DNA from: Octopus sinensis
Taxonomy: Eukaryota
DNA length: 64,000 nucleotides
Direction: 5' to 3'
Assembly (NCBI RefSeq): GCF_006345805.1
Contig: NC_043002.1
Coordinates: forward strand, 43,896,001-43,960,000
In this document: one piece after another, positions 38,965-52,242 of the stretch
Position numbering within the stretch: the stretch's first letter is position 1
Layout: each line of letters begins with the position of its first letter
The notes under the pieces: model-generated
What the model was told of the DNA's origin: nothing
Seen by the model: only the letters and a program-made list of their open reading frames with translations
Database searches by the model: none
Position numbers and translations under genes: made by a program

Positions 38965-39305
38965 ATTTTGCCTTAGTGAAGGCAGAGGTATTGTTTTCAG
39001 TCATCTTTGTTTGTTTGTCTGTGGATAAGATATCTCAAGAACCACAGGATGGATTCGGATGAAACTTTCAGGGATGTTTGGCTCATGAATGGCACAAACC
39101 GATTAGATATTGGGATCGATCCAGTACTGGACAAAGATTTTGGATTATTTTCCCTGTTTTTTTACTTAATTTTTGAGAGTGGTCAGGTTCATTGTAAGTA
39201 TTCTCATTTGTGAGAGCAGTCGAGTTTATTTCAGATATTTTCATTTTAAAACTCATCTCTGGCTAATCGTTGGCAGAGGTTTGCACTCTCTGAGTACTCT
39301 TGCCT
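38965..39305 (+). mobile_element. Helentron-associated (DINE-1/HINE-like) non-autonomous element
   Basis: ggcagaggtattgttttc start, (GTTT)/(GTCT) microsatellite, gatgaaacttt core, end ggcagaggtttgcactctctgagtactc with a stem-loop. Confidence 0.62.
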
Positions 39306-39389
39306 TATTTTTTTGTTTTAGCCTGGATATTGCACAGTCGTACACAGCATGCAGCATGGCCTTATCTGATAATTATATTATCAGAGTTT

Positions 39390-39612
39390 CTACTCTTTAG
39401 CATTCAGATTACTATGTCAAATGTAATGCTTATTTATTTATATTGTTTTGAATTAATCATGCATTATCTAAAAGTACCAGGCCTTCAATGATGTGATTAC
39501 TTAGTTTTAGGAAAACAATACGGGATAGGTATGAGAGGCTTCATCTTGCCAGTTTTAACATAAAACTCTTAGAATATTATATATTGGGCCAGTTTGAATG
39601 CTAAAAGGTTAA
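39390..39612. mobile_element. TTAA-type MITE
   Basis: ctctttagcattcagattac ... gaatgctaaaaggttaa. Confidence 0.7.
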
Positions 39613-41696
39613 ACTTATAGTAGTTCACATTTAAATCTTGTGTATATTAAATATTCATTTCATGCTAGAGGAGTACTTTTATTGTTGATCTCTCCAATAA
39701 TTGAACAGTACACTGTATATACTTTAACCCCTAATATTTGATTTACAAGGAGTGTGTTCATGAACAGTTAAGAGGCAGGACATAGTGATTGATGAAAATT
39801 CCAACAAGAATTGAAGCAAATATACAACTGTTCCTTCTTTTCCTATCCATGAACCTATAGTACAGACGTTTTGTTTATATCCCTCGAGACATTGTTGGAT
39901 AATAAACTTATGAATATGTTCTACAATACATTATACCTATGAGACAAAGCATAGTTAATACACCTGTAATATATACATACATATATACACACACATATGC
40001 ATATACATACATGTGCGCACACACACGCAGTTTGTAAACATATATACACTTACTTGTACACAGCTTTCACCACACAGGTATATATACACACAGCTCAGGC
40101 ATATATAAACACATGCATCTCATACATATAAACATTAATGTTTCATGTGTTAATACTTATTCATACAGCACACATAGTCTCTCTCTCTCTCTCTTGCACA
40201 CACACACACACACACGCACACACAGGTCGGGTTGTCATAATAACATCAATCATTAGTTTTAAGATAGGTGGCAGTATTGCTGATAGAAGTTATATATTGT
40301 CTTCAGAAATTTTAATAATATACTTAACTGTAGTTAAGTGTTATATCTATTGAATTTTATAAATGAATTTTGTATATAAATATATACCAAAATTAGAAGG
40401 AATGTTCTTTTATATCTAGCTAAGTATTAAAATACAAAGTCTCTGAATATTAACAGATTTTGGAAAACTAATCAGGATACACCTGTTTACTAACTCTTCT
40501 AGCAAGTTTAATTATTTTACATGAGAATTCTAAATGCTAATAATTTCTATGGCTATATAAATTCTATCCATTACATACAAAGATATACAAAATTGTTTGG
40601 ATAATTTGTGCTACACTAAATATATAAATATGCAATGAAAGTTATTATCATCATCACCATTATCATCATCAAGAAGGCTGTGCTTAGCAGTATATTGTCT
40701 TTCTTTATGTTCTGGGTTCACATTCTACCAAGGTCGACTTTATCTTCCATCCTTTCAGGGTTGATGAAATAAGTACCAGTTGAACACTGGGGTTGATTTA
40801 ATTGAGTTGCCTCCTCCGACAAAATTTCATAAAAGGATTTTTATCATCATCATCATCATCATCCTAATTGTTTTAACATTTGCATTTCCATGTTTGCATG
40901 GTTCAAACAGAATTCACCGAGGCGGATTTTCTATGGCTGAATGCCCTTCCCTTGCCTCATTTCAAGCAAGGTAATTTTCTCCCATGGCTGGACATGTTTT
41001 CGCAGAAGGTTGGAAATGAACAGCATTGCTTGTATGTTGATGATGCTTGTTTACAACATTTGTACAATGTCAAGACAAAGAGACACGAACACACACACAC
41101 ACACACACATATATATACACATACATACACACACACACACAATATATACACAGATTATTGACTTCTGTCAGTCTCCACCTACCAAATACACTTACAAAGC
41201 CCTAGTCAGCCCAGGGCTACAAGTACAAGATGCCTGCTCAAGGCAAGGCACCCTGCAGTGAGACTGACCTTGAAATCACATGGGTTTTTTTTGAGTTTTA
41301 GGTTGAATGAGTAATGCTCAGTTTGTTATAGTTAATACCCTCAGTTAGTAAAGGTGACTGAATAACTGTTTGGGACCCCTATATTATCAATAGACTAGAT
41401 TTTCAGTATGATATTTTGTAAGGGCATACTGGAAACACTTTTCTTGTTGCACCAACATCTGAAGTACTCAGTAATCTAAGGATGTAGACCAAAGAGGAGT
41501 ATAGGAGAGCAATCAGTGGCAACAGTAAGTCAAGAGCTAATACTGAATGCAGAGGAAGCAATCAAAGTTCACTCAATCAGATTAACCTTTAGCGTTGTGG
41601 TGACTGTCAACTACATATTCTCATCGATTTGAAATAATAATGCCTTTATCTTATAGAGGTAAGATTTTGGTGATGTGATTGTTTGTTTATAGAATG

Positions 41697-42604
41697 GCTA
41701 CATGGCAGTGAAACATGTGCTGTGACTCCTGAGGACATGCGTAAGCTCACAAGGAATGAAGCCAGTATGATCTGATGGATGTGTAATGTCAGTGTGCATA
41801 CTCGACAGAGTGTAAATACCTTGAGAGAAAAGTTGGACCTGAGAAGCATCAGATGTGGTGTGCAAGAGAGACGACTCTGCTGGTATGGTCATGTGGCAAG
41901 AATGGATGAGGATAGCTGTGTGAAAAAGTGCCACACCCTAGCAATTGAGGGAACCTGCAGAAGAGGTAGACCCAGGAAGACCTGGGATGAAGTGGTGAAG
42001 CACAACCTTCAAACTTTAGGCCTCACCAAGGAAATGACTAGTGACCGAGACTTTTGGAAATATTCTGTGCTTGAGAAGACCCATCAAGCCAAATGAGACC
42101 ATAACCTCATGGCCTATGCCAGGGGCGTAACCAGCCCACTTATGCGTACCTTTTCCTTCTTTGGACTCTAAATTCTGCTTGCGAAGACCTGTTGAGGCAA
42201 GTGAAATCCAAATCAAAATCAAATTCGATGACTGACATCTGTGCTAGCAGGGTGCAAAGAGCACCCTATAAGTGTGATCGTTGACAGAGCGGCTAACCAG
42301 CTTCTGTGCCAGTGGCACATAAAGGCTCCATTTGTGCATGATTGTTACCAGCATCGCCTTCCTGGCACCTGTGCCAGTGGCATGTGTAAAAAGATTCAAG
42401 CGAGGTCGTTGCCAGTACCGCCTGACTGGCCTCCATGCCGGTGGCACATAAAAGCACTCACTACACTCACAGAGTGGTTGGCGTTAGGAAGGGCATCCAG
42501 CTGTAGAAACTCTGCCAGATCAAGATTGCAGCCTGGTTCGCCAGCCCTCAGTCAAATCGTCCAACCCATATTAGCATGGAAAGCGGACGTTAAACGATGA
42601 TGAT
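41697..42604 (+). mobile_element. RTE LINE 3' fragment inserted in a TTAA MITE (41582-42675)
   Basis: ORF 41779-42096 RRLCWYGHVARM...RGRPRKTW, 3' UTR and (GAT)n tail. MITE halves lie on both sides. Confidence 0.88.
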
Positions 42605-44209
42605 GTTGTTGGGTAGGTGTGAGAATTTGAACATAAAATAAGGTAGAATATTTCGGCCAGATATGACTGGTTTAACCCGTTAGTTTTTAAACGCTGTATC
42701 AAGCCAAAATTTTCTATCAGTTTTAGTCAGCCAGATCTGGCCTTTCACACCTACTCTACAATGTCATTTTTAAAATAAACTATCATATCATTGAAATCTC
42801 AAAGCTATGAGATAATGCACAATTCAAAACAATGCAAATGAACAAGTATTACATTTGACAAAGTAATGTGAATGCTAAACGGTTATCTGCTAGTGTCTAA
42901 GTAGGTGTGGTTTGTCAAGATCTGTGATAGGGAATTGCCACTCTGATAGAACTCAAGCCTGGTGATGCTGGTTCTTTAAAACATTGAAGGTTGATAGTCA
43001 GGTATATTTATTTACCATTCTCATCTACCAGCAATAGATTTTGTAGATCCACTTTCCAGAAAGCAATAGGTTTTGTAGATCCACTTGTTGAGTCTAGAGG
43101 AAAGTGCAGTCTCCATGACTTTTGCAGGTCCACCAAGACAGGTGAGCTTAACACAGTCATTGTTTCATTTAAATAGTTGCAGGTCAACCCCTGCAGGAAA
43201 GACATGCTAAAAGTTTGCATAGGGATGATGTTATGGGAAGGAAAGGCAAAAATAAAAATAAGGCACACCTGGTGCTCCCTAGGGCACAGTGTCTTTCTCC
43301 TTTTCTTTTTTTTTTTTCCTCATATTTTATCATTGGTTATAAGCAATGAAATATACATACCTGCCATCTGAAAGGAAATAGTTTTTGACTCTACAAAGAA
43401 GAACTTTAAAACATGTTTTGTTATATTGGGAGCCATTTCACTTAAAGCTTTGTTGTAATGAAATCACTACTTTGATCAGTAAGAAAAATTATACCAAATA
43501 GTTTTAATCACAGAGTTGGGAAGAAAATGGAGCCCAAATCTTTGAACAAATTATTACAAATAATGGAATATAACACCTAATGCTGCAAATAAATATCATT
43601 CCTGACAACTCCAACAGTTTGCAAATAAATTATACTGACACATTTAATTCTTACAATCTAAAGAATTGGAAAACCTGTTCACAGCTTTATTATTTTTCTT
43701 TGAAATGATTTAGATCGACCAAGACTAACTGTGATGTATTCTTATTATATCATAACAACTAAATTATAAACAATTTTGATATTTGTATTTTGAATCAGCA
43801 TAAACAGGGGAGATGGATTTGTCTTGTTATAATAGCTGCACAAAATTTATTTCCAGATTAAGTCAAGTATGTTGATATAACTTTGCAAAAGATACATTCA
43901 GATTTAAATGATTAATAGACATCCTACACTCAATGACATTAGATTAGTGAAAAACGATGCAATAATTCTAAAACTTTGAGTTTCTAACACAGTATTTACA
44001 AAATACACCTAATTACTGAGGTAGATTCATATATTTTTAATTTGAAAGAATAAATTTCTGTAAACACTAAATGTACCATACATTCTGAAAATTTTTAAGA
44101 GTACTGTAGTAATCTACCTATACAGCATCAATGAAAAATTTATTCTTTGCTCTGAATATATTTTGTATTTGTACTTTTTGAAGATTTTTTCCTTTCACTT
44201 TTTAAACAG

Positions 44210-44292
44210 GTGGTTTGGTAAATAAATTATTAGAAACAAAAAAAGAACTGGAAGGCACTATTGCTTCAGAGGAAAAGTCAAAAGTTAAAATT
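44210..44292 (+). CDS. TRAF3IP1: Coding exon of the same gene: (G)GLVNKLLETKKELEGTIASEEKSKVKI
   Basis: Pyrimidine tract plus aaacag acceptor and gtaagt donor at 44293. Length 83 nt, phase 1 in, phase 0 out. Matches the remembered conserved IFT54 motif HGGLVKKILETKK that precedes the C-terminal coiled coil. Confidence 0.85.
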
Positions 44293-44899
44293 GTAAGTAT
44301 GAAAATAAATAAGAATCAATATTTTGCTGATATAATTCTTTCCTTCCAAAAGATATGAAATTGTTTTATTTATTCAATTATTTAACAACTTTACGGTCTT
44401 TACAGAATTTCTTTAGTTCTACAGAGCAAACTGATTGAACATCGTTCAAATTGATGTCCTTGTGTAGTTTTATTTACTTTGTTAACATTTTGAAGTGGAG
44501 TGAGTAGTTTTGTTGCCATGTGTATTTCCTTGGCCTATATATTATTTTTATTTATTTGTTAATCTTACAACTTGTTTTATCAGATTTTCTTAAATTTATG
44601 ATAAATAAGATTAGCTTGGTTAAAGCTCACTTCAAATTAATGTTTGCTATTGAAAGAAGTTCAAAATGGATTTGTTATAAAAGTACAAGGCACAGCTGGG
44701 ATGCTGGAGAAAAAGATGTTTATTGAGTGAATTTAAAAAGATAAAAGTAGAACTGGTAACTTTGACAGAAGCAGACATATACACAGCTTGAAAATGGAGC
44801 GAAGGTGTTGAGTTGCACAATTTAGCTAAAAAAAAATTATGATTATTGCTGCTAAATCACCATGGGGTTTTACAGTCATATAGTAGTAAAGAATTGCAT

Positions 44900-45550
44900 T
44901 CTACAAGAGCTGTATGTGTGACAACCCCTCCGTCACTCCAACCCCCCACACTCACATTTATCCCTCCTCTTCCTCCTCCCAGCCTTCCACTACCCCCCAC
45001 CACCCCTCCCACCTCAGACCCCCCTCCCCACTTCAGCCTGTTGTTACCATTCCTCCTGATCTTCTCTCTGAGGCGGAGCGCTCTCTTCTCAGTAGGGGTC
45101 TACACTTCACCCCCCCACTCCATCCAGTAACGAATTTCAGACTCATGCTGATCTTCATAGCTTTGTGCGCTGTGTCAGGCTATATGCACTATTCCACAAC
45201 ACTGCATCTAATGAAGAGGACTATTCCACAACCTGCATCTAATGCACTATTCCACAACCTGCATGTAATGAAGAGGACTGCTTCACCAACCTGGGCTGCC
45301 GACCATCCCACTGGACGCCAGCTCCTGGCCAATTCCAAACAGTTGATCATTTTTCGGGCATTTGTCAATGTGTTGCAGACTAGTTTATCTTTCACAGGCT
45401 TCCCCGACATCTAAACATCTCCCCAGCCGAACTCTCAGCTCTTCAATGTCTCCAGCACTACAAAGACATTATCATAAAACTAACTGATAAGGGTGGAGCC
45501 ATGGTGCTGTGGTGCATGGACCTCTACAAGGCTGAAGCTCTCCGCCAATG
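44900..45550 (+). mobile_element. Penelope-like element ORF N-terminal fragment
   Basis: VVTIPPDLLSEAERSLLSRGLHFTP and NISPAELSALQCL...DIIIKLTDKGGAMV (LSKGLxF and IKxADKG motifs). Confidence 0.8.
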
Positions 45551-45683
45551 TTGAGACACCTGTGCTGGTGGCATGTGTAAAAATATTCGAGCGAGGACAT
45601 TGCCAGTACCGCCTGACTGGCCCCTGTGCCTGTGGCACGTAAAAAGCACCCACTACACTCTCGGAGTGGTTGGTGTTAGGAAG

Positions 45684-45740
45684 TATCACTGACGAAGGGA
45701 GGGCTGTTTTAAGCTAACCCTAAATTGGTCCGATATGGTA
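45684..45740 (+). ncRNA. Decayed type I hammerhead-like motif (G12 missing)
   Basis: tatca-CTGACGA-aggg...ccct-AAA-ttgg t ccga-TA-tggta. Confidence 0.5.
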
Positions 45741-45899
45741 ATAATGGAATTTTTTAGAGATTTCTGTCCACCTTTTTTCGAGTAGCGTGCGTATTGTGAA
45801 AAAATTATATGGTTAATGGACAATATGCCCAATTTTTCGGCATATTTGGCATTAGAAATTTTTTCGTTTGCCCTTATCTATGAATTGTATATATATGCA

Positions 45900-45930
<31 letters not shown>

Positions 45931-46039
45931 GCATGTATATATGTATGTATATATATATATATATACATATATGCGTGTATCTTTTATCTTTCACTGGTTT
46001 CAGCCCAAGGTTGAGATCATGCTCGTGCACCACCTGTAG

Positions 46040-47190
46040 TTACTAAGTTTTGTTTCCAGTATTTTTTGGGTGAAGTACCGAGTTGGACAGAGCTGCTCTT
46101 CCTTGCGTCTCCTTCCACTATATGGATTCATTTGGTATCTTAGATAGAAACCTATCCAAACTTTCCTTGAAAACTTCCACATCAACGCCATGTAGATCTC
46201 TATGGTTGCCTGGCAGGATTTCAAACAATTGAGGGCCCTTGAACCCCAGACTATTGCAGTACTGTCCTTATTTTAGATGAGCAAGATGTGATCTTTGGTA
46301 TGATGCAGTCCCATCCAGTTCAAAGACTGGTACAGCGGTCAATTCCAAAATTGGGAGGTAAACCCTCCAAGATCTTCCAAATATATATTACCACATATCG
46401 CTCTTGACTTCTCTTCAGGGTATAGAGACTCAGCCCCTTTAGCCTCTCCCAGTAGCCTGTCTTTTTCATCAAGTCAATCTTCTTTGTGTATTGGTGCTGG
46501 ATTGCTTTGAGTTCCACAGTTTGTTTCACACTCTCTGGAGACCATAGTTGGGAGCAATAGTCCAAGCAGCTGAGAACAAAAGTCCTCCATTGGAGTAGCA
46601 GGACCTTTCTTTTCTTGGTTCTGAATGTCCTCAGAATCCATCCAGACACACGCCTGCACAGTGTTGCCATTTTGGTAATATGCACATGGAATGTTGCTTC
46701 ATTGCTCATGTGAACCCCCAGGTCATGCACCGACTCTGACTCTGGGATCATATTACATTCTGGTCCAGTTTATTCCGATTTTAGCCTGGTGTTGGACCGA
46801 TAGTGGAGTGCCTGAAATTTCATAGCATTGAACTGCATGTTATTTTTGTTAACCCATTTGTGTATCTCATTCAGGTCTTTCTACAGTTTTATGATGTCCT
46901 CTGGGTTTCTAACTGCCTGCGATAGTTTTGTGTTGTCAGCATAACTGGTCAGATTGGCTGAGTGTACCACAGAGGGCATGTTGAGAGGGCCATCACAAAT
47001 AGTAATACAGTTCCCTGTGGGACTCTACTGAGAATTGATGTCTCTTCAGAGTGAGCGTCATTGGTAACAACTGTCTGATTCCTACCCTTCTAAAATTCAT
47101 ACAGCCACTCACCCAGTTTCCAAGTAAAACCAAGGTTTCGCAGCTTCTGACATATCATGTCAAGATCAACTTTGTCGAAGGCCTTGGTAC
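46040..47190 (-). mobile_element. CR1/L2-group LINE 3' part (RT and C-terminus)
   Basis: KAFDKVD, VPQGTV, SYADNTKL, DLGVHMS, LDYCSQLWSP, YWERLKGLSLYTL. Confidence 0.85.
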
Positions 47191-47439
47191 AGTCGAGGTA
47201 TAGCATGTCTACACCCTCCATAAATCCTACATTTTATTTTAGAATTAATGGGAGCTACTGTCTTTGAAGACTCATATTGTAGTTGAATGCTCGAAATGAG
47301 GAGTAGATAGACAGCTGACAACTGATGAAGGGTCCTTTCTCTGTGTTTACTTGTCCTGTTTTCCAGTTTTTCTCCTGTTGTTTGTATATTCAACTCATTT
47401 GTTTTCGTATTTCATGTTGTTTTCAGAGTTGGTGAAGTC

Positions 47440-47936
47440 TTGTATCCATATATGCATATATATATATATATGCATATATATATATATATATATATATATG
47501 GATTTATATGTTTTGTTTACATATATATATATATATATATGAATGTTTGTGTGTGTGTGTATATATATATGAATGTTTGTGTGTATGTATATATATGTAT
47601 ATATGAATGTTTGTGTGTGTGTGTATATATATGTATGTTTGTGTGTGTGTGTGTGTGTGTATGTATATATATATGTGTGTGTGTATATATGTATGTTTGT
47701 GTTTGTGTGTGTATATATATGTGTGTGTGTAGTTCTATATATATATATTTATATATATATGTATGTATATATATGGAAATATTTTATTCACAAATGCATT
47801 GTAATAATGCTGAATAGTATGAATAGGACAGAACATATGTGTGTGTATATATATGTGTGTGTGTGTATGTATGTGTGTGTATATGTTTGTATGTATATAT
47901 ATGTATATGTATGTATATATATATGTATGTATATAT

Positions 47937-47990
<54 letters not shown>

Positions 47991-48000
47991 ATATGCACAC
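47440..48000. repeat. Long compound (TA)n/(TG)n microsatellite
   Basis: Read directly. Confidence 0.92.
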
Positions 48001-48340
48001 TGGTCTTTTTTTATAACAGGAAACTTGCCAACATTATTCTTAAGCAACCATTATAATCATTTGTTTATTATATACTAAGTATATTGAATTTTTTCTAAGA
48101 GAAACTGTCATGGCAACCAAAAGGATATCGAAATCAAAGACTACTGCAGATTGTTTCAACATGTCAAGTATTTCAAGCAAGAAAGAAAATTCAGTAGATC
48201 TTAATTGCCACAGCATGTCCATCTTTATACACATGCAAAGTCTTTAAGTTATTCAACCATCTCTACCTCTCTCTCTAACATCTTGTTCATTTCTCATTAA
48301 TTAACTGTCAAGAAGAGAGAAGGATGAATAGATGAATATA

Positions 48341-48505
48341 GGCCAGGAGTGGCTGTGTGGTAAGTAGCTTGCTTACCAACCGCATGGTTCTGGGTTCATT
48401 CCCACTGTGTGGCACCTTGATCAAGTGTCTTCTGTAGCCTAGGGCCGACCAAAGCCTTGTGAGTGGATTTGGTAGACAGAAACTGAAAGAAGCCTGTCGT
48501 ATATA
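48341..48505 (+). mobile_element. SINE family A 5' half; its 3' half lies at 50870-51085
   Basis: Matches 17514-17680. Confidence 0.82.
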
Positions 48506-50866
48506 TCATCATCATCATAATCAACATCATCGTTTAACATCCCTTTTCCATGCTAGCATGTGTTGGACGGGAAGTCAGGAGGCTGCACCAGGCTCCAGTC
48601 TGATCTGGCAGTGTTTCTACAGCTGGATGCTCTTCCTAACACCAACCACTCCATGAGTGTAGTGGGTGCTTTTTATATGGCACTGGTGCCAAGGGAGGCT
48701 GGCAGCAGTCACGATCAGTTGGTGCTTTTTATGTGCCACCAGCACGGAAGCCAGTCAAGATGGCGCTGGCATCGGCCATGTTCGGATGGTACTTTTATGT
48801 GCCACCAGCACAAGTATCACAACTACAATTTCCATTTGATTTTTATTTTGATGTTGATGTACTTGACTCAATAGGTCTCCTCAAGCACAGCAGGTCGCCC
48901 TACTATCCAAGGTAAGTACAGCAGGCCGTCCTGCAATCCAAGGTACTTTGGATGGGCTGGGGCTGCTATGTGAAGCTGGTGCAGGAAACAGCCATGAACT
49001 CACATTATTTGTCAGGTCTTCGCAGTCACAGCATATCTCCAGAGATCTCAGTCGTTCATCATTGCCTCTGTGAGGCCTGATGTTCAACGGTCGTGCTTGA
49101 CCACTTTATCCCATGTCTTCCTGGGTCTACCTCTACTCTAGATTCCTTCAACTGTTTGGGAGTGGCACTTCTTCACACATCTCTCCTCATACATCCATAG
49201 TACATGACCATACCAGCGCAAACGTCTCTCTTGCATGCCACATCTGAGGCTCCTATTGTCCATTATTTCTCTCAGGGTGCTTACACTCTGTCATGTGTAC
49301 ACACTGACATTACACATCAAGCAGATCATGCTAGCTTTATTTCTTTCAAGCCTACACATGTCCTTTGCAGTCACAGCCCATGTTTCATTATCATGAAGCA
49401 TGGCAGTTCGCACACATGCGTTGTACAATCTACCTTTCACTCTGAGCGAGAGACCCTTTGTTACCAGTAGGGGTAGAAGCTTTCTAAACTTTACCCAGGC
49501 TATTTGTATTCTAGTGGTGACACTCTCTGAGCATCCACCTCCAAAACTAACTCGGTCACCTAGGTAGTGGAAACTATCAACTACTTCTACTTTCTTCTGG
49601 AGTGTGATGTTTTCTGAGTATCTGTGGTATCTATTGCCCCTGTGCATCTGCTGCACATGAAAGCTATCTTATCGGTTAATTTTCCTCTGATGTTGCTGCA
49701 CCACTTATGCATCCATAGCTTACACTGAGTACATCTTATGGAGTTTCTACCTACACTTTTTCTACAGATCGAGCAGGGCCACCTACTTGAAGCGGGGGTG
49801 TGATGAGTTCGCCTTCCTACTTACTATAACTTTAGTCTTTGCTACATTTACTCTAAGGCCTTTTGATTCTAAACCTAGCTTCCACACCCAAAATTTCTTT
49901 TCTAGTTCCGGTAGTGATTCTGCTATGAGGGCCAGGTCATCAGCATAGAGGAGCTCCCAGGGGCAACCCGTCTTGAATTCCTCTGGAGGGCTATGTTGAA
50001 TACAAGGGGACTGAGAGCTGAACCTTGGTGGACCGCTACTTCTACCAGGAATTCTTCACTATACTTATTGCCAATCCTAACCTTACTAACGGCCTCTCTG
50101 TATAGGGCCTGTACAGCCCTTATTAACTGTTCGTCAATCTCCAGTTTCCACATTGCCCACCAGATAAAGGATCGGGGGACCCTGTCAAAGGCTTTCTCCA
50201 AGTCCACGAAAGCTAAGTAGAGGGGTTTATCTTTAGCTAGGTATTTCTCCTGCAGTTGTCGAACCAGGAATATGGCATCAGTGGTGCTTCTATCTGGAAC
50301 AAAACCGAACTGCATCTCATCTAAGCAGACTCTCTCCCTAATGAGATGGGTTATGACCCTCTCTGTGACCTTCATCACCTGATCCAGCAGTTTGATACCC
50401 CTATAGTTATTTCTATCAAGAGCATCACCTTTACCCTTGTAGCAGTTGACTATGGTGCTGCTACGCCAGTCATTGGGTATGACTCCATTATGAACTACCT
50501 GGTTTACAATGCGGGTGACTAGGCCATAGCCCACACCACCAGATGTTTTAAGCATCTCAGCAGTTATTCCTGATGGGCAGGGGGCTTTTCCTGGCTTCAT
50601 ACCCTTAATTGCTTTATCTACTAGGGAGCTGTCTATTGGGATAGCTGGTCCCTCTACTGGGTCATCATTTGGCAGGCTTTCCTCCTCCCATTCATTCTGC
50701 ACATTCAGCAGTCTTTCATAATGGCCTCTTTTTTTTCAGAAACATTAAAAGCAAGTGCACCATCATCCATGCGGACACATTTCTCTCTTGTGACATCACA
50801 ATTTTCTCTCACACACTGTCTAGCAATCCGAAATACCTCAGTTCTTTGGTCCTCACATCGCTGGAC
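48506..50866 (-). mobile_element. 5'-truncated RTE LINE inserted into the internal microsatellite of a SINE A copy
   Basis: ORF 49923-50702 (NYRGIKLL, QFGF, AFVDLEKAFDRVPR, HQGSAL), C-terminal relics, and an (ATC)n tail at 48506-48531. Confidence 0.92.
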
Positions 50867-50869
50867 ATG

Positions 50870-51085
50870 TCTGTGTATATGTTTGTGGGTCTTTGTCCCC
50901 CAACATCGCTTGACAATCGATGCTGGTGTGTTTACGTCCCCATAACTTAGTGGTTCGGGAAAAGAGACCACTAGAATAAGTACTAGGCTTACAAAGAATA
51001 AGTCCTGGGGTCGATTTCCTTGACAAAAGGCGGTGCTCCAGCATGGCCACAGTCAAATGACTGAAACAACTAAAAGAGTAAAAGA
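50870..51085 (+). mobile_element. SINE family A 3' half
   Basis: Matches 17700-17905. Confidence 0.85.
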
Positions 51086-52019
51086 TACTGAAAGTATGAA
51101 TGATAGAGTTTGACATAATTAGGACAAACTTGACAACTCTCTTATAGACTTTGCCTTTCGAAATGAGTTTAGTGTATATCCTAGGTAACTGAGAGAGAGA
51201 GAAATATAGATTTTAATTCTTAGTGAATTTAATAGAAGTTTATGAAGATGTACTAAAGAAAAGGATTTAATATGATAGAGATAGCTTTCAGAGATGACAA
51301 TATTCCTTGCATAGTAATGCTAAATGGTTTGATATACACCTTCCCTTGATTATTGTTGGTTCTTACATAACTGACCTGGGATAACCCAATATGCTCAATC
51401 GTGAACCATGTTATGCTTATCCTGAATTGATTTGTGATTACATGAATCAGCAATCAATCAGAGATTCTGTTTGAACTGCAAAAGAACTACCCAGCAGCCA
51501 TCCACAATGCTTAGCTACTCAGGATGTACTGATTATCACTCATGTTTACAACACTCTGTTGGAAGTTTTATATGGATACACATGCCCATCAAAATATCAC
51601 CAATGAACAGAAAAAAGATATTTTTCACTGCTCTATCCCCATTATTTATTGATTGTGCTGGTGACACACAAAACACACCCAGCACACTTTTTAAAGTGGT
51701 TGACATTAGGAAGGGCATCCAGCTGTAGAAACCATGCCTTAACAGACTTCTGGAGTCTGGACAGCTCCCTGGCTGGCCAACTCCTGTTAAACCATCCACC
51801 CCATGCCAGCATGGAAAACGGACATCAAACGATGATGATGATATGATGATGATAAATTTTACTCTAAATATTATCCCCATCATGAAACAGTATCATTTAT
51901 GCATAAAAATTGTTTGAAGGTGATGTCATTTGGATAAGTTAGAGGGAGGAGATGCAGTCTCAGAATGAAACCTATTTTCCCCTGTGTTCTATTATTCATT
52001 TATCACTAACTCTTTTAGC

Positions 52020-52242
52020 CTTTTAGCATTCAGATTATTCTGTCAAATGTGATACTTATTTATTCATTTTGTTTTGAATTTACCATGCATTATCTTGTAG
52101 CTTTAAGATTTTGATGATTGATTATTTATATTTAGAATTGACATTGTTGGGTAAGCATGAGAGACCAGATCTGGTTGGTTTGAACATAAAATAGGAAGAA
52201 TGTTTGAGATAGATATGGCTGATTTAAATGCTAAATGTTTAA
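52020..52242. mobile_element. TTAA-type MITE
   Basis: ttttagcattcagattattc ... aaatgctaaatgtttaa. Confidence 0.68.
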
